From positions 96,001-160,000 of the forward strand of contig CAVYRJ010000008.1 in assembly GCA_963770935.1 (NCBI GenBank): a DNA stretch of 64,000 nt, in the 5' to 3' direction. This DNA is from Candidatus Bathyarchaeota archaeon. GTDB taxonomy: Archaea; Thermoproteota; Bathyarchaeia; Bathyarchaeales; Bathycorpusculaceae. The position numbers and the translations under genes are program-made. The first letter of the stretch is position 1; every line of letters starts with the position of its first letter. A model generated the notes under the pieces. It was not told the origin of the DNA, made no database searches, and saw only the letters and a program-made list of their open reading frames with translations. Shown here one piece after another: positions 1-10,437 of this stretch.

Positions 1-550
1 GGACTCGCAACTTTGCGACTTCAATCTGTGAGGTCACTTTCCAAAATTGCGCTTTTGCGGAAGAGGCACGTTTGCTGATTGGATTATTTTTTACATACAA
101 AAAATACGGGTTTACAAAATTAGTATAAACTTGCTAAAACAATGCAGATTGTGGATGATGTTTTACTCAAACTCCCCTTTACGGAGTAGCTGCTACAGTC
201 ATAGTAACAATAATTATTGTTTCGCGTAACTTAATAATAAACAGTAAGAAGGAAAAAAATAAATCTCCAAAATAAATTGGAGAACTTCCAAGTTTAAAAC
301 ATATAGAAACCAGTTTTTTGTTTTTGTGTCGTATTGTGTATTTTTGTGGACGCTTGTTGGCGCTTTCATATTGAGGGATTCAAAATTGTCTAAGGGACTT
401 TTTTGTTGTATCTCAAACTGAGCCTCTTAGTTATTCTCCTTGGAGTTTTTATTTTGGTGGAATGTGTCTTGGGTCATTTGGAATGTCGATTAGAGAACCT
501 AGTAGTGGAGTCGGTTGGGAGAGACGTGTGTCTCTATTTTTACACATTAT

Positions 551-3500
551 TTAGCTGATAGGGGAAGTCGTTCTAGAGCGTCTTCTCAATATAACCGTAA
601 TTGCAACTGCAAATCCCAGAATGCCTATTCCTATCCCTGCGTAAGCGAGGTATTGTGTCGTATTCAGGCTTGCGTTAAGACTGCCAATTTGGTTTTGAAG
701 TGCATTTAAAGAAGCGTTCAGGTTGTTACCTATAGCACCCAGTTGGTTCTGCAGAGCGGATTGTTTCGAAGTTAAATTGTTTATGTTGACTCCGAGTTCT
801 CCTATTTGGTTTTCCAGGTCACCTATATTAGTTTCCAAACCTTTTATCTGGTTTTGTAAGGATGATTGTTTCGAATTCAAGTTGTTTATGTTGTTTTCGA
901 GAACATTCACTTGGTTTTGCAGTGACGATTGTGTAGAATTCAGAGAGTCTAAGCTTGATTGAGTTAAGCTTGCTTGATTTATGAAGTAAAATGTAAGGTC
1001 TGCTGCTGATGTGGTGCCTGTGGTTTGGGTAGCCACTGCTTGCATAAGGTAGGTTCCATCTGGGTAGTTGGCACTTGGCAGAGTGAATGTGAGAGTGCCG
1101 TTGTTGCTGAATGTCTGGATGGACTGCCCGTTGAGGTAGACTGTGACTGAGTCGATGTTGTTTCCCAAGACTGCGATGTTTGTGTTTACGTCACCTTTGT
1201 AGCTGGCTCCATTTGCGGGTGACAAAATTTGAATTGTTGGTGGAGGCGGAGTGATTGTTTGGTAACTTGATGAAGTTAGTGAAATGCGTGAGTTTAGAAG
1301 AGTTATGGAGGTTAGGTCGGAGTTGACCAAGTTTATGGTGCTGTTTGTTGCGACAATGTTACCCCCGTGAACTGCTCGCAGGGTTAGATTGGATTCGGTA
1401 ACAAAGAGGGTTCCGTTGATGACTGAATCTGATATTGTGGTATTTCCTGATTGAAGGTAGTTGGATTCTAAGAAAAAGTCGTTTGATAGATTGACAGATC
1501 CGTTTATCGTGACTTGGCTTAGAGCTAATCCATAGTTTTGCTGGAAAGAGTTGATTATTTGGTTTGTTACGTAAATGTATGGCTGTATAAAAAAGCTTTG
1601 TTGGGCGGAGAGCGCGGTTGTTGTTGGAACGCCGTCATAGGAAATTCCTGTAACATAGGCTTCGTAGGGGCCAGCGTAACTGAATCCGTTGTCGTTTGCT
1701 GGTGAGAGTGATCCTGCGTAATAGGGGGAAGGAAGTGAAATGTTAGCTAACCACCTGTTCTGGGTGGAGTTGTATGTTAAAGGTGTAAGTTGAGAATTCA
1801 GGTATTTGGCAAACATTATTTCTGTGAATTGGTTTTGCTGTTCTTGCGGGTAGATTATTGCGGTGTATTCGCCTTGGGTTACTTCTTGCCCGTTTGGGTA
1901 TCGAATATCAGCTGATATTTGTGCAGTTTGCCCCATGAATAGGGTTGAGGGTGAAATCGTTATGGTAGGGGTTATTGTTCCGTTTGAGACCCATATCTTG
2001 CTGTAGAAGGAACCGTATAGTGTATATCCAAGTGTTAGGGATCCGTAGCTTGCCCTTAACAAGATAGTATATAGCCCTGACGTTGCGTTTGTGGGAACTT
2101 GAAGTAAGCCACCGATTATTGAAGCTTGGTAAACTAGATCTGATCTCGCGATTGCGTTACCAGCTGAATTGACTAGGTAAGCGGTTACGCTGGATCCTGA
2201 AGTAATGTCTGAACCCACTGTTGTTCCGCTGTCAATGGAGAAGATTTTGGCTATGTTGATTGGGGCTATTGGTGATGTGATGATTGTGAGGTATTGTCCA
2301 GGTCCAATCGCGCCGGGTGCGACTGCTACCTCAGGGAGTACTAGACTGTTTTGTAAGTAAATTCCGTTTGTATATGGTAAGAATCCGTAGGTGCTTCCTT
2401 GGAGCATTAATGTTAATGGTCCTGCGGTGTAAGGTTTTGTTAGGTTTGCCGCGGTTACGTTTACAAGGCCTTCAATTTCTGTGGGTTCTAGATTTATGGT
2501 GTCTTCGATGGTGAATTGATTGGTCAAGATGGAATATGAGTTCACTTGCATTGTAATAGAGTTTGTTGGTGCTGAATTGCCGTTGAGGTCTGTTGAAGCT
2601 ATCACGACTTGTAGTCCGGTGGATGTTGTTATATAGGGGTTTGTGGGCGTTGGGCTGTAGAAGGTTGCGAGATAACCAGCGAATATTTGCGCAAATCCTG
2701 CGCCTGAGAGGTTAGCTGAGGTACCGTTAACGTTGACATAGGAAACACCCGATTGTTCTCCCATAGTTAAGTTGCAGGTCCAAACTTCTTTTGTGTTGTC
2801 AAAGGTCAAGGGGGTTTTAAGGTAAGTGCCTGTTAAGGTGGTTAGATGGGCTGTGAAGTTGCCTGTTGTTATTGGGTTGAAGCCATTGTAGATGTAGGCG
2901 GTGACGTTGATGGTTTGGTTTTGTGTGAATTCGATTGGTGATTCACCATTTTTATCTGTTAGTTCTACGTAAATTGAGAGACTTGGTTGGTTGAGTTGAT
3001 TATTGTATAAGTGGGCGATTTCGCCGATATTTGGGGCTCCCCATCCTGTGACAAGGTTGTAGCCGGAGGTTGCGGTCCATGGTATGTTGTAGCCGAATGT
3101 TATTGGCACGAAAGCTTTGGTGCGTAGACTAGCGTTGTTTCCTATGCTGTAGAGGAAGGGGTTAACTAATCCTAAGGGACCTCCTGATGATTGGGCTATT
3201 AGAGTGAGTAAACCCGAAAGTAGTTGAACTGACGCTGAAGTGCCACCGGCGGTTAGGGTTGAGCCTGCATCTACAATGAAGATACCCGGATCGACTCCGC
3301 CTTGCAAGGCGAGGTCTGGCTCCATTCTACCGTTGGGGTATGATGGTGGTGTTTGTTGGTTTTGTTGGTACCATGGTTTTGGTTCTAGAAAGCTGACTCC
3401 ACCTCCGCTTCCACCGGCGTTTACGCCGTTTGGTACGTACCCTGGATTAGACCAGCCTGTTTGAACAATTGCTTTGGATCCGTTTGGTTGTGTGTAGAGG

Positions 3501-4693
3501 TATGTTTGAGTGCCTCCTGTGCTGGTTACGTATGGTGAGTCGGATGGATATGCTGAGTTTCCTGCGGGTCCTGTGCTGTATCCGCTTCCGCCGGCATCGC
3601 CTGAGGCGCACAAGAAGGTTATGCCTTGGAGGGAGCCTATCATGAAGTATTGGTCGGGGAGAAGCATGTTGAAGTAGAAGAGTTCTCCTCCGATGAGTGG
3701 GTATATCCATTCTGGGGCGAATGAGAAGCTCATTGAGAGTGTTGTTACTCTATTATAGTATATTATTGGGGCAAGATCAGCGGCGAAGGAGACTGCTCCT
3801 GTTGTTATGTAAAGGTCTATAGCGGCTTTTGGAGCCATTGCATGTGACAGTTCAACGTCCATGGCTATTTCGGTGCTCCAACCGATGGCTGCACCAAGGT
3901 TGGGGTTGTAGGGAACGATAGGAATTATGTTTAGGGTTGGGTCGGGAAAGCCGTATTTTTTGTTGAACAGAGCTAGGTCTTGTCTGATTGTTGGGGAACC
4001 GTAGAAGCCAAGTATGCCGATGGTTTGCTGTTCGCCTTGGAAACCTTGCTCGTAAAGTGAGGTGGCGTTGTAGACGGTCTGTAGGTCTTTGGCTGAGAAT
4101 CCTCCTTGCGTGTAGGTAATGTTTGCGTTTGGTTGGGTTTTAAGAGAATTTGTGAATTGGGGCTTTATGAGGAGGGCTGTAGCGTTTGATGCGACAATAT
4201 GGGCTCCGTTGAGAAGTGAGTTTCCGCTTGTCATGTAATAGGAGTTGGTGCCGTTTGTGTACATGTTAACCTCTTTCTGGAATAACCTGTTGACTTGTTC
4301 TACAGTGGCTTGAACAACTATCATAGAGTCTAGGGTATTCATAACGACCTGTAGCCCAGCGTTTTGAAGGTAAATAAGCATTGATTCGTATTCGGTTGTT
4401 GGCAAGAACTTCTGTTTTATCTGTTCAGGGGTCAGAAACTGTCTAAATGAAGGTGAAGAGGGGTCAGAAACCTGCTTTAGTGTGGATCCTATGAGATCTG
4501 TGTTTTTCAGGGGAATGGCGATGTTTACAAGAACAGAAAGATCTGATGGTGCCTTTCCTTGAAGAATGTAACCCGGGAGAGGCTGAAGGGAAATGTCAAC
4601 CAAGTTGGGAGCAGGCAAGACTGCTGAAGAAACGTTACATATGGGGGAAAATATTAACAAAGTAATTACGAGGATAACGATCTTTGATTTCAT
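551..4693 (-). CDS. Secreted, membrane-anchored S53 (sedolisin/kumamolisin) family serine protease with pro-domain, beta-rich extension, coiled-coil stalk and C-terminal TM anchor
   Basis: Signal peptide; pro-domain (VSDPSSPSFRQFLTPEQ); catalytic EIAMD, ASGDAG and GGTSAS motifs; GYNLVTGWGAP; C-terminal heptads followed by a TM helix and RRRSR. Confidence 0.9.
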   Translation of the reverse strand: MKSKIVILVITLLIFSPICNVSSAVLPAPNLVDISLQPLPGYILQGKAPSDLSVLVNIAIPLKNTDLIGSTLKQVSDPSSPSFRQFLTPEQIKQKFLPTTEYESMLIYLQNAGLQVVMNTLDSMIVVQATVEQVNRLFQKEVNMYTNGTNSYYMTSGNSLLNGAHIVASNATALLIKPQFTNSLKTQPNANITYTQGGFSAKDLQTVYNATSLYEQGFQGEQQTIGILGFYGSPTIRQDLALFNKKYGFPDPTLNIIPIVPYNPNLGAAIGWSTEIAMDVELSHAMAPKAAIDLYITTGAVSFAADLAPIIYYNRVTTLSMSFSFAPEWIYPLIGGELFYFNMLLPDQYFMIGSLQGITFLCASGDAGGSGYSTGPAGNSAYPSDSPYVTSTGGTQTYLYTQPNGSKAIVQTGWSNPGYVPNGVNAGGSGGGVSFLEPKPWYQQNQQTPPSYPNGRMEPDLALQGGVDPGIFIVDAGSTLTAGGTSASVQLLSGLLTLIAQSSGGPLGLVNPFLYSIGNNASLRTKAFVPITFGYNIPWTATSGYNLVTGWGAPNIGEIAHLYNNQLNQPSLSIYVELTDKNGESPIEFTQNQTINVTAYIYNGFNPITTGNFTAHLTTLTGTYLKTPLTFDNTKEVWTCNLTMGEQSGVSYVNVNGTSANLSGAGFAQIFAGYLATFYSPTPTNPYITTSTGLQVVIASTDLNGNSAPTNSITMQVNSYSILTNQFTIEDTINLEPTEIEGLVNVTAANLTKPYTAGPLTLMLQGSTYGFLPYTNGIYLQNSLVLPEVAVAPGAIGPGQYLTIITSPIAPINIAKIFSIDSGTTVGSDITSGSSVTAYLVNSAGNAIARSDLVYQASIIGGLLQVPTNATSGLYTILLRASYGSLTLGYTLYGSFYSKIWVSNGTITPTITISPSTLFMGQTAQISADIRYPNGQEVTQGEYTAIIYPQEQQNQFTEIMFAKYLNSQLTPLTYNSTQNRWLANISLPSPYYAGSLSPANDNGFSYAGPYEAYVTGISYDGVPTTTALSAQQSFFIQPYIYVTNQIINSFQQNYGLALSQVTINGSVNLSNDFFLESNYLQSGNTTISDSVINGTLFVTESNLTLRAVHGGNIVATNSTINLVNSDLTSITLLNSRISLTSSSYQTITPPPPTIQILSPANGASYKGDVNTNIAVLGNNIDSVTVYLNGQSIQTFSNNGTLTFTLPSANYPDGTYLMQAVATQTTGTTSAADLTFYFINQASLTQSSLDSLNSTQSSLQNQVNVLENNINNLNSKQSSLQNQIKGLETNIGDLENQIGELGVNINNLTSKQSALQNQLGAIGNNLNASLNALQNQIGSLNASLNTTQYLAYAGIGIGILGFAVAITVILRRRSRTTSPIS
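690..960 (-). repeat. Imperfect tandem coding repeats (LNS-QSSLQNQ...NINN, three copies) forming a coiled-coil stalk
   Basis: Protein repeats LNSTQSSLQNQ / LNSKQSSLQNQ / LTSKQSALQNQ; DNA repeat gattgtttcgaa...ttgtttatgttg at ~759 and ~864. Confidence 0.75.
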
Positions 4694-5095
4694 AATGGCA
4701 CTTCCAAATCGACAGAATTTTTCTATATTTATTCAAGAGGTTTTGAACTCTTATTTAGTTGTTTTCATAATTATCGATTGTTGTTGTGTTATAAGTTTTT
4801 CTAACAGGTAGCGCTAAGCGTATGGGGAAGCGGGGACAGAACGTCCAAGCGTGCGTTCGTGTGTTTTAGCAAGTTTAAAATAGTTTTTATGGACTCGTAT
4901 TTTTTATGAGTAAAATTTAATCCCAATACCAAAACCCAACCCAAACTATGAATGCAACAGGTTTAAGTCCTTTGAAGATATTAAAATGTAACACTATTAA
5001 ATGTAACTTCGGGGCTCATAAATATTTTAAGTTCAAGTCAGTTTGAGCTTACATTTACTTTTATATAGTCTTTATGAGTATTTTGCGTTACGGTA

Positions 5096-8000
5096 ATGAA
5101 TTTGACTGCCCAAACTGAAGCTGGCCAAAACCAAAGTTTGCCGACAAACTACTCTCCACTTGCGCTTGAAGCTGAAATGCGTGAATTCTGGACAAAAAAC
5201 GACATCCGCAACAAGCTAGAGTTCACAGAGAAAACTGCTAAAGGGAATTTGGGTTACGTGGAAGGTCCACCCACCCTAAACGGCATCCCCCACATTGGTC
5301 ATGCTCGTGGACGCATCATGAAGGATATTCGTTATCGATGGAAAACCATGGAAGGTTTCTATATGCCGTTTTGGGCAGGATGGGATTGCCAAGGTTTACC
5401 TGTAGAACTTGAAGTTGAAAAACTCCTCGGAGTGAGAAACAAGCGGGAATCCATCGAGAAATTCGGTATGGAACGCTTCATTGAAGAATGCAAAAAAGCC
5501 ATTATGCGTTACCATCAGATGTGGCTTGAAGCTGATGGAAAACTTGGCATTGCTATTAACCAAGACAAAGCGTACTGGACCTACAAGGACAGCTACATCG
5601 AACGAGAATGGTTCTACCTCAAACGTGCTTGGGAACAAAACCTGCTCGAAGAAGGACACTACGTTGTAGCTTACTGTCCAGGATGTCAAACCAGCCTTAG
5701 CAGCGCAGAAGTTGGCTATGAAGGCAGCTACAAAGAAGTCGAAGATCCATCAGTCTACTTCAAATTCAAGGTTTCAGGCACACAAAACGAGTACTTCCTT
5801 GTATGGACCACCATGCCTTTCACAATCATCACCGACACCATGCTTGCCGTGCAGCCAAAAGCAGAATACGTGAAAGTAAAGGTTGGCGAAGAAACTTGGA
5901 TAATGATGCGGCAACGTGTTGACCCAGTTATGGCAGAACTTGAAATCAAAGCTTACCAAATTACAGAATCTGTGACTGGTAAAAGTTTGGAAGGAACAGC
6001 TTATGATTACCCATTAAAAGACCTTATTCCAAAGCAGGTTGAACTAGAGACTAAACACCCATTAGTCCACAAAGTCATAGCAGAAGATTTTGTTGATGTA
6101 GAAACTGCCACTGGAGTTGTGCATCTTTCTCCTGGGAACGGCGAAGACGATTTTTGGGCTGCAAACCGTCGTGGAGTCCCAATTTTTGTTCCATTCGACG
6201 ACGAAGTCAAATTTACAAACGACGCAGGAATCTTCACAGGCGTATTTGCACGCGACGCGGACATGCTGGTCGTTGAGGAACTGCGCAACCACAACGCATT
6301 TGTGAAAGTTAAAAAAATCAAACATGAATACCCAACCTGCTGGCGTAGCCACCACAAACTAGTTTGGTTGGCGCGTAAAGAGTATTTTTTGCGAACCGAC
6401 AAAATCAACCATAAAGTGCTAGAAGCAGCTGAGAAAATTAAGTGCTTCTTTGATGAACCCAAAAACCGCTTCTTAGGCTTCTTAAAAGAGGGCAAACCAT
6501 GGTGCATCAGCCGCGAACGCATCTGGGGAACGCCTTTACCAATGTGGACCTGTGTGAAATGCGGCAACAAACGCCTAGTAGCAAGCAAAAACGAACTGGT
6601 TGAAAGCGCTCAAGAGGAGATTCCGGAGAACTTTGAGTTGCACAAGCCTTGGGTTGACCGAATCACGTTAAAATGCGAGAAATGCAAAGGAGTTATGCGG
6701 CGTGAAGATTTTGTTTTAGATACTTGGCACAACAGCGGCGCTTCGCCATATGCGCGATTCAATGATGAAGAGTTCGAGAAGTTTGTGCCGACTTCCTTTT
6801 TGACTGAAGGCATTGACCAAACAAGGGGGTGGGCAAATTCGCTGCTCTTGGAATACATTATCTTAACAGGAAAACCCGTTGCACCCTACAAGGCGTTTCT
6901 GTTTCAAGGGTTAACACAGGATGCAAAGGGCAGAAAAATGAGCAAAAGCCTAGGTAACGTCGTGGAAACCAACAAGCTCCTCGAAAAGAATAGCGCTGAC
7001 CTTTGCCGTTTCTACATGATGCGTAAGTGTTCACCAGTGGACTTCATGAGTTTTGACATGCAGGAACTAACACGAAGACCCTACCAAGTGCTTTCAACAC
7101 TCTACCACCTAAGCAGGTTCTTTATGCAGAATGCGACTTTTGACGAATTTGATCCTAAAAAATACAGTTTGAAGTGGGCTCTTGAAGCTGGGAAGCTTCA
7201 AGCAGCTGACCTTTGGCTTCTATCTAAGCTGCAGGAGAAAATCGGGGAATACACAACTAAGCTTGAAGCATGCGAATTCAACGTGGCAGTTGCGGTTCTG
7301 GAGGATTTCGTAATTGAAACACTCAGCAGGCTCTATGTTCCGATGATTCGTAAAGAACTGTGGACAGATGAACCTGAAACATTTGAGCGCAGACAAACCA
7401 TCTATGCACTGCTACACCACACGTTAAAAACTGTGACCTTACTGTTTAACCCTATCACACCCTACTTAAGCGAAGCACTATACCAAAAAGTCTACAAGCA
7501 ACTTGAAGCGGATTTGCCTGAATCAGTCAATTTTGCATCATGGCCTGTAGCGAACAAAGAAATGTGTAACAAAACATTGGAAGAAGAATTTGATATTCTG
7601 CTAAAAGTTGTTTCAATTTCGTATGCTGCACGCCAACAGGGAAAACTAAAACGCAGATGGCCACTTGCCAAAACAATCGTAGTGGCACCAGAAAAAACCC
7701 TGGAAGCCCTAAGAAAACTTGAAGGTTTGTTTTTAGAGCAAACAAACGTTAAGTCTGTAGAGTACTCGTTGCAGGTTCCTGAGTACGTTGGAGGCGAAAA
7801 CTGGGTTTCCAGCCAATTAGACGACACAACCGTGTTCCTAAGCGGGCAACGTGATGATAAATTACTTGGTGAAGGCATCATGCGTGATTTGGCAAGGCGA
7901 GTGCAGGCGCTACGCAAGGAAATGGGGTTTGTCCCAACAGAAACTTTGGATTCTATTCACATTGCCGAATTAGATGCGGAGAGCATGGGACTTCTGGAGC

Positions 8001-8131
8001 CTTATTTAATTGAGATGGCTGGGCTAGTGCGGGCAAGAAAAGTCTACTTACATGTCACATGCAGCGAAGTTGAAGCGAACTGGCGCGAATCAGAACTGGA
8101 CGGCAAAAAAATCCACATAAACATTCACTAA
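5096..8131 (+). CDS. ileS: Isoleucine--tRNA ligase (archaeal/eukaryote type)
   Basis: EGPP..NG.PHIGH, GWDCQGLPVE, WTTMPFT, WCISRER.WGTP, EGIDQTRGW and KMSKS motifs. Confidence 0.97.
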   Translation: MNLTAQTEAGQNQSLPTNYSPLALEAEMREFWTKNDIRNKLEFTEKTAKGNLGYVEGPPTLNGIPHIGHARGRIMKDIRYRWKTMEGFYMPFWAGWDCQGLPVELEVEKLLGVRNKRESIEKFGMERFIEECKKAIMRYHQMWLEADGKLGIAINQDKAYWTYKDSYIEREWFYLKRAWEQNLLEEGHYVVAYCPGCQTSLSSAEVGYEGSYKEVEDPSVYFKFKVSGTQNEYFLVWTTMPFTIITDTMLAVQPKAEYVKVKVGEETWIMMRQRVDPVMAELEIKAYQITESVTGKSLEGTAYDYPLKDLIPKQVELETKHPLVHKVIAEDFVDVETATGVVHLSPGNGEDDFWAANRRGVPIFVPFDDEVKFTNDAGIFTGVFARDADMLVVEELRNHNAFVKVKKIKHEYPTCWRSHHKLVWLARKEYFLRTDKINHKVLEAAEKIKCFFDEPKNRFLGFLKEGKPWCISRERIWGTPLPMWTCVKCGNKRLVASKNELVESAQEEIPENFELHKPWVDRITLKCEKCKGVMRREDFVLDTWHNSGASPYARFNDEEFEKFVPTSFLTEGIDQTRGWANSLLLEYIILTGKPVAPYKAFLFQGLTQDAKGRKMSKSLGNVVETNKLLEKNSADLCRFYMMRKCSPVDFMSFDMQELTRRPYQVLSTLYHLSRFFMQNATFDEFDPKKYSLKWALEAGKLQAADLWLLSKLQEKIGEYTTKLEACEFNVAVAVLEDFVIETLSRLYVPMIRKELWTDEPETFERRQTIYALLHHTLKTVTLLFNPITPYLSEALYQKVYKQLEADLPESVNFASWPVANKEMCNKTLEEEFDILLKVVSISYAARQQGKLKRRWPLAKTIVVAPEKTLEALRKLEGLFLEQTNVKSVEYSLQVPEYVGGENWVSSQLDDTTVFLSGQRDDKLLGEGIMRDLARRVQALRKEMGFVPTETLDSIHIAELDAESMGLLEPYLIEMAGLVRARKVYLHVTCSEVEANWRESELDGKKIHINIH

Positions 8132-8141
8132 GGCAAAACTT

Positions 8142-8315
8142 ATGGCACAAGAAAACAACAACAAACACTACAAATGTCCACATTGCGCATGCATATTCTT
8201 AAACCAAACGGACCTGCAAAAACACATAAGTGTCTTTGGCGACCAAAAAGAGCAACACGAATATAATTATAAGAAAACACATGGCAGACTTGAACACGGA
8301 TACGGCGAAGAATAA
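8142..8315 (+). CDS. 57-aa zinc-finger microprotein (C2H2-like; not in the ORF track)
   Basis: Manual translation MAQENNNKHYKCPHCACIFLNQTDLQKHISVFGDQKEQHEYNYKKTHGRLEHGYGEE; YKCxxC...F.....L..H pattern; starts 10 nt after the ileS stop. Confidence 0.75.
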   Translation: MAQENNNKHYKCPHCACIFLNQTDLQKHISVFGDQKEQHEYNYKKTHGRLEHGYGEE

Positions 8316-8706
8316 CCGTGATTTTTTTCTACAGCCTCTTAATTAAAGGCAGAAAAATGAACACTATGATTTGGTAGAAGGTGAATGTTACCATAGTAGA
8401 GCGTTTGTGTAATGTGTAAGGCAGGAAAATTGCATGTAGATGGTCCCATTGTGGTAGTCAGGTTCAGAATTCGTATCGTAGGTTCAGGTAGTCCGATTAG
8501 CTAATAACCACAGATAACAGAAGGCGGGTTATTGGTTGTACACCAGTCCAATTTTTCAGCCTCCCAAATAGTCTCGTCCTATCTTAAGGAAACGCTAAGA
8601 GTTATGATTTGCAAACTTAACAATTTGGGATAAAGACTTAATGTTGCAATTCTATACATGCCTGCTAACTTATATCTGAAACCACGCACTAACAATAACC
8701 CGAGAA

Positions 8707-9906
8707 GTGTGCCGTATGGACAGGTTTCGGTTAGCCATCTTCAATACCCAGCCGCCCCACCTGTACTTTGGGGGTGTTGAGCGGCGCATAATGGAAACCA
8801 CCAAACGGTTGCAGGCGCAAGCTGACATTAACGTTTACTGCGGCACTAAGGCTGGCTTCAAACAACCCGCCACTATCAATGGCGTAGGTTTTTTTCCATG
8901 TTATTCAACTGACAGAATCTTTCCATTAGATAACTGGTTTTTTAACAGAAGTCTATCCAAAAAAGCCAGCGACATCAACGCAGACATTTATGAAGCCCAT
9001 GCGGTGAGCGGCTATGGATTTCCCCAAAAACTCAAGAAAATCGGCATCAATAAACCGTTCATTCACACGATACACGGGGTCCTCGCTGACGAGTATGAGC
9101 AAGCAAAAAAAAACGGTTACCCATCAGTCAGGGGTAGAATTGCAAATTATTTTATGCACCGACTTGCCAACTTGGAAAAGAAAACAGCACAGGACGCAAC
9201 GTTAATTGTTACCATAAGCAATTACTCGCTTGAAAAAATCCGTGAGCATTACGGCATTGACAAGGGCAAGGTTCGGATTGTTCCAAACGGCGTGGATGTG
9301 GAAAAATTCAAACCCATAGAAAACCCCACATTGGTGAAACGCCAATTTGGGTTAGGCAATGAACCTTGTGTGTTATTTGTTGGCAGTTTGATACCTCGGA
9401 AGGGGCTGTTTTTTCTGGTTGAGGCAGCAAAAAGAATAGTTAAAGAAAACGCTGAGACCAAGTTTTTGATTGTTGGTGAAGGCCCTCAAAAAAACCAGTT
9501 GACTATTGCTCTTGAATCCGCTAGTCTTTCAGGCAACTTCAAGTTTTTAGGCAACCTCAAAGAAGACGATCTTTCAGCAGCATACAACTGCGCGGATGTG
9601 TTTGTTCTGCCCTCGATTCAGGAGGGACAGGGAATTGTGTTGCTTGAAGCACAAGCGTGTGGCAAGCCTGTTGTTGCTTTTGATATTGGCGGAGTCAACG
9701 AAGCCGTCCGCAACGACGAAACAGGGCTACTTGTTGACAGGGGCAGCAGTGAGGAGTTGGGCAATGCTTTGCTTCGGCTTCTCTCTGAAAAGCCTTTGAG
9801 AGAAAAAATGGGTGCCAATGGTCGCAGGTTTGTTACTGAAAACTTTACGTGGGACATATGCGCTCAAAAAATGCTTAAGGTTTACCGCGAAGCATTAGCT
9901 GACTGA
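8707..9906 (+). CDS. Glycosyltransferase family 4 (GT-B)
   Basis: GGVE, HTIHG, VPNGVD, FVGSL..RKG, D.FVLPS..EG.GIVLLEA.ACGKPVV motifs. Confidence 0.93.
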   Translation: MCRMDRFRLAIFNTQPPHLYFGGVERRIMETTKRLQAQADINVYCGTKAGFKQPATINGVGFFPCYSTDRIFPLDNWFFNRSLSKKASDINADIYEAHAVSGYGFPQKLKKIGINKPFIHTIHGVLADEYEQAKKNGYPSVRGRIANYFMHRLANLEKKTAQDATLIVTISNYSLEKIREHYGIDKGKVRIVPNGVDVEKFKPIENPTLVKRQFGLGNEPCVLFVGSLIPRKGLFFLVEAAKRIVKENAETKFLIVGEGPQKNQLTIALESASLSGNFKFLGNLKEDDLSAAYNCADVFVLPSIQEGQGIVLLEAQACGKPVVAFDIGGVNEAVRNDETGLLVDRGSSEELGNALLRLLSEKPLREKMGANGRRFVTENFTWDICAQKMLKVYREALAD

Positions 9907-10422
9907 GACGTTGACTGATTTTGCCAATCGCCTAAAATCGTCCTCACCCATCCATTCAGTCCAAAGGTAGCAGCTGATTCGCTCATCGCTTAAACCCAGC
10001 CGTCTTGCCTCTTGAACGGCATAACGGTAAGCTTCAATCTCTGTGGGTCTATCAACGTAATCGTAACTTGGGTCGAAGAGTTCTTTGCCCTCCATGAACT
10101 GCTTAACATGACATAACTCATGAATTAAATCCAAATAAATGTCAGTCTTGTTGCCTGTGTTCAGGTATCCTTTGCTTATCACAAGATGCCCATCGGAGGC
10201 ATCAATGTACATGTACCCCATAATCCAACTAAACTCCACTGTAAGGTGACTTAGAACTTCATTGGTCTTTTCACCAAAAATACCCCGTACAGCATCAACT
10301 TTTTCGAAACCCTTGAAATACTCAGAGAAAATTACTTTGCGATTTCCTACCCCGAGTATGTTAAATGGAAGTTTTCTAAACAAGCGCAAGATTCTAAACA
10401 CAGCATACTCTATTGCCGTCAA
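9895..10422 (-). CDS. Small zincin-like (HExxH) hypothetical protein
   Basis: LIHELCHVKQ plus downstream Y.DRPTEIEAY third-ligand motif; start codon uncertain. Confidence 0.65.
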   Translation of the reverse strand: MTAIEYAVFRILRLFRKLPFNILGVGNRKVIFSEYFKGFEKVDAVRGIFGEKTNEVLSHLTVEFSWIMGYMYIDASDGHLVISKGYLNTGNKTDIYLDLIHELCHVKQFMEGKELFDPSYDYVDRPTEIEAYRYAVQEARRLGLSDERISCYLWTEWMGEDDFRRLAKSVNVSVS

Positions 10423-10437
10423 ATCACTAGACTGCTC

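Noticed and set aside
8340-8640. Possible small gene or ncRNA between the zinc-finger gene and the GT4 gene
   Set aside because: Only short interrupted frames; no convincing structure or motif
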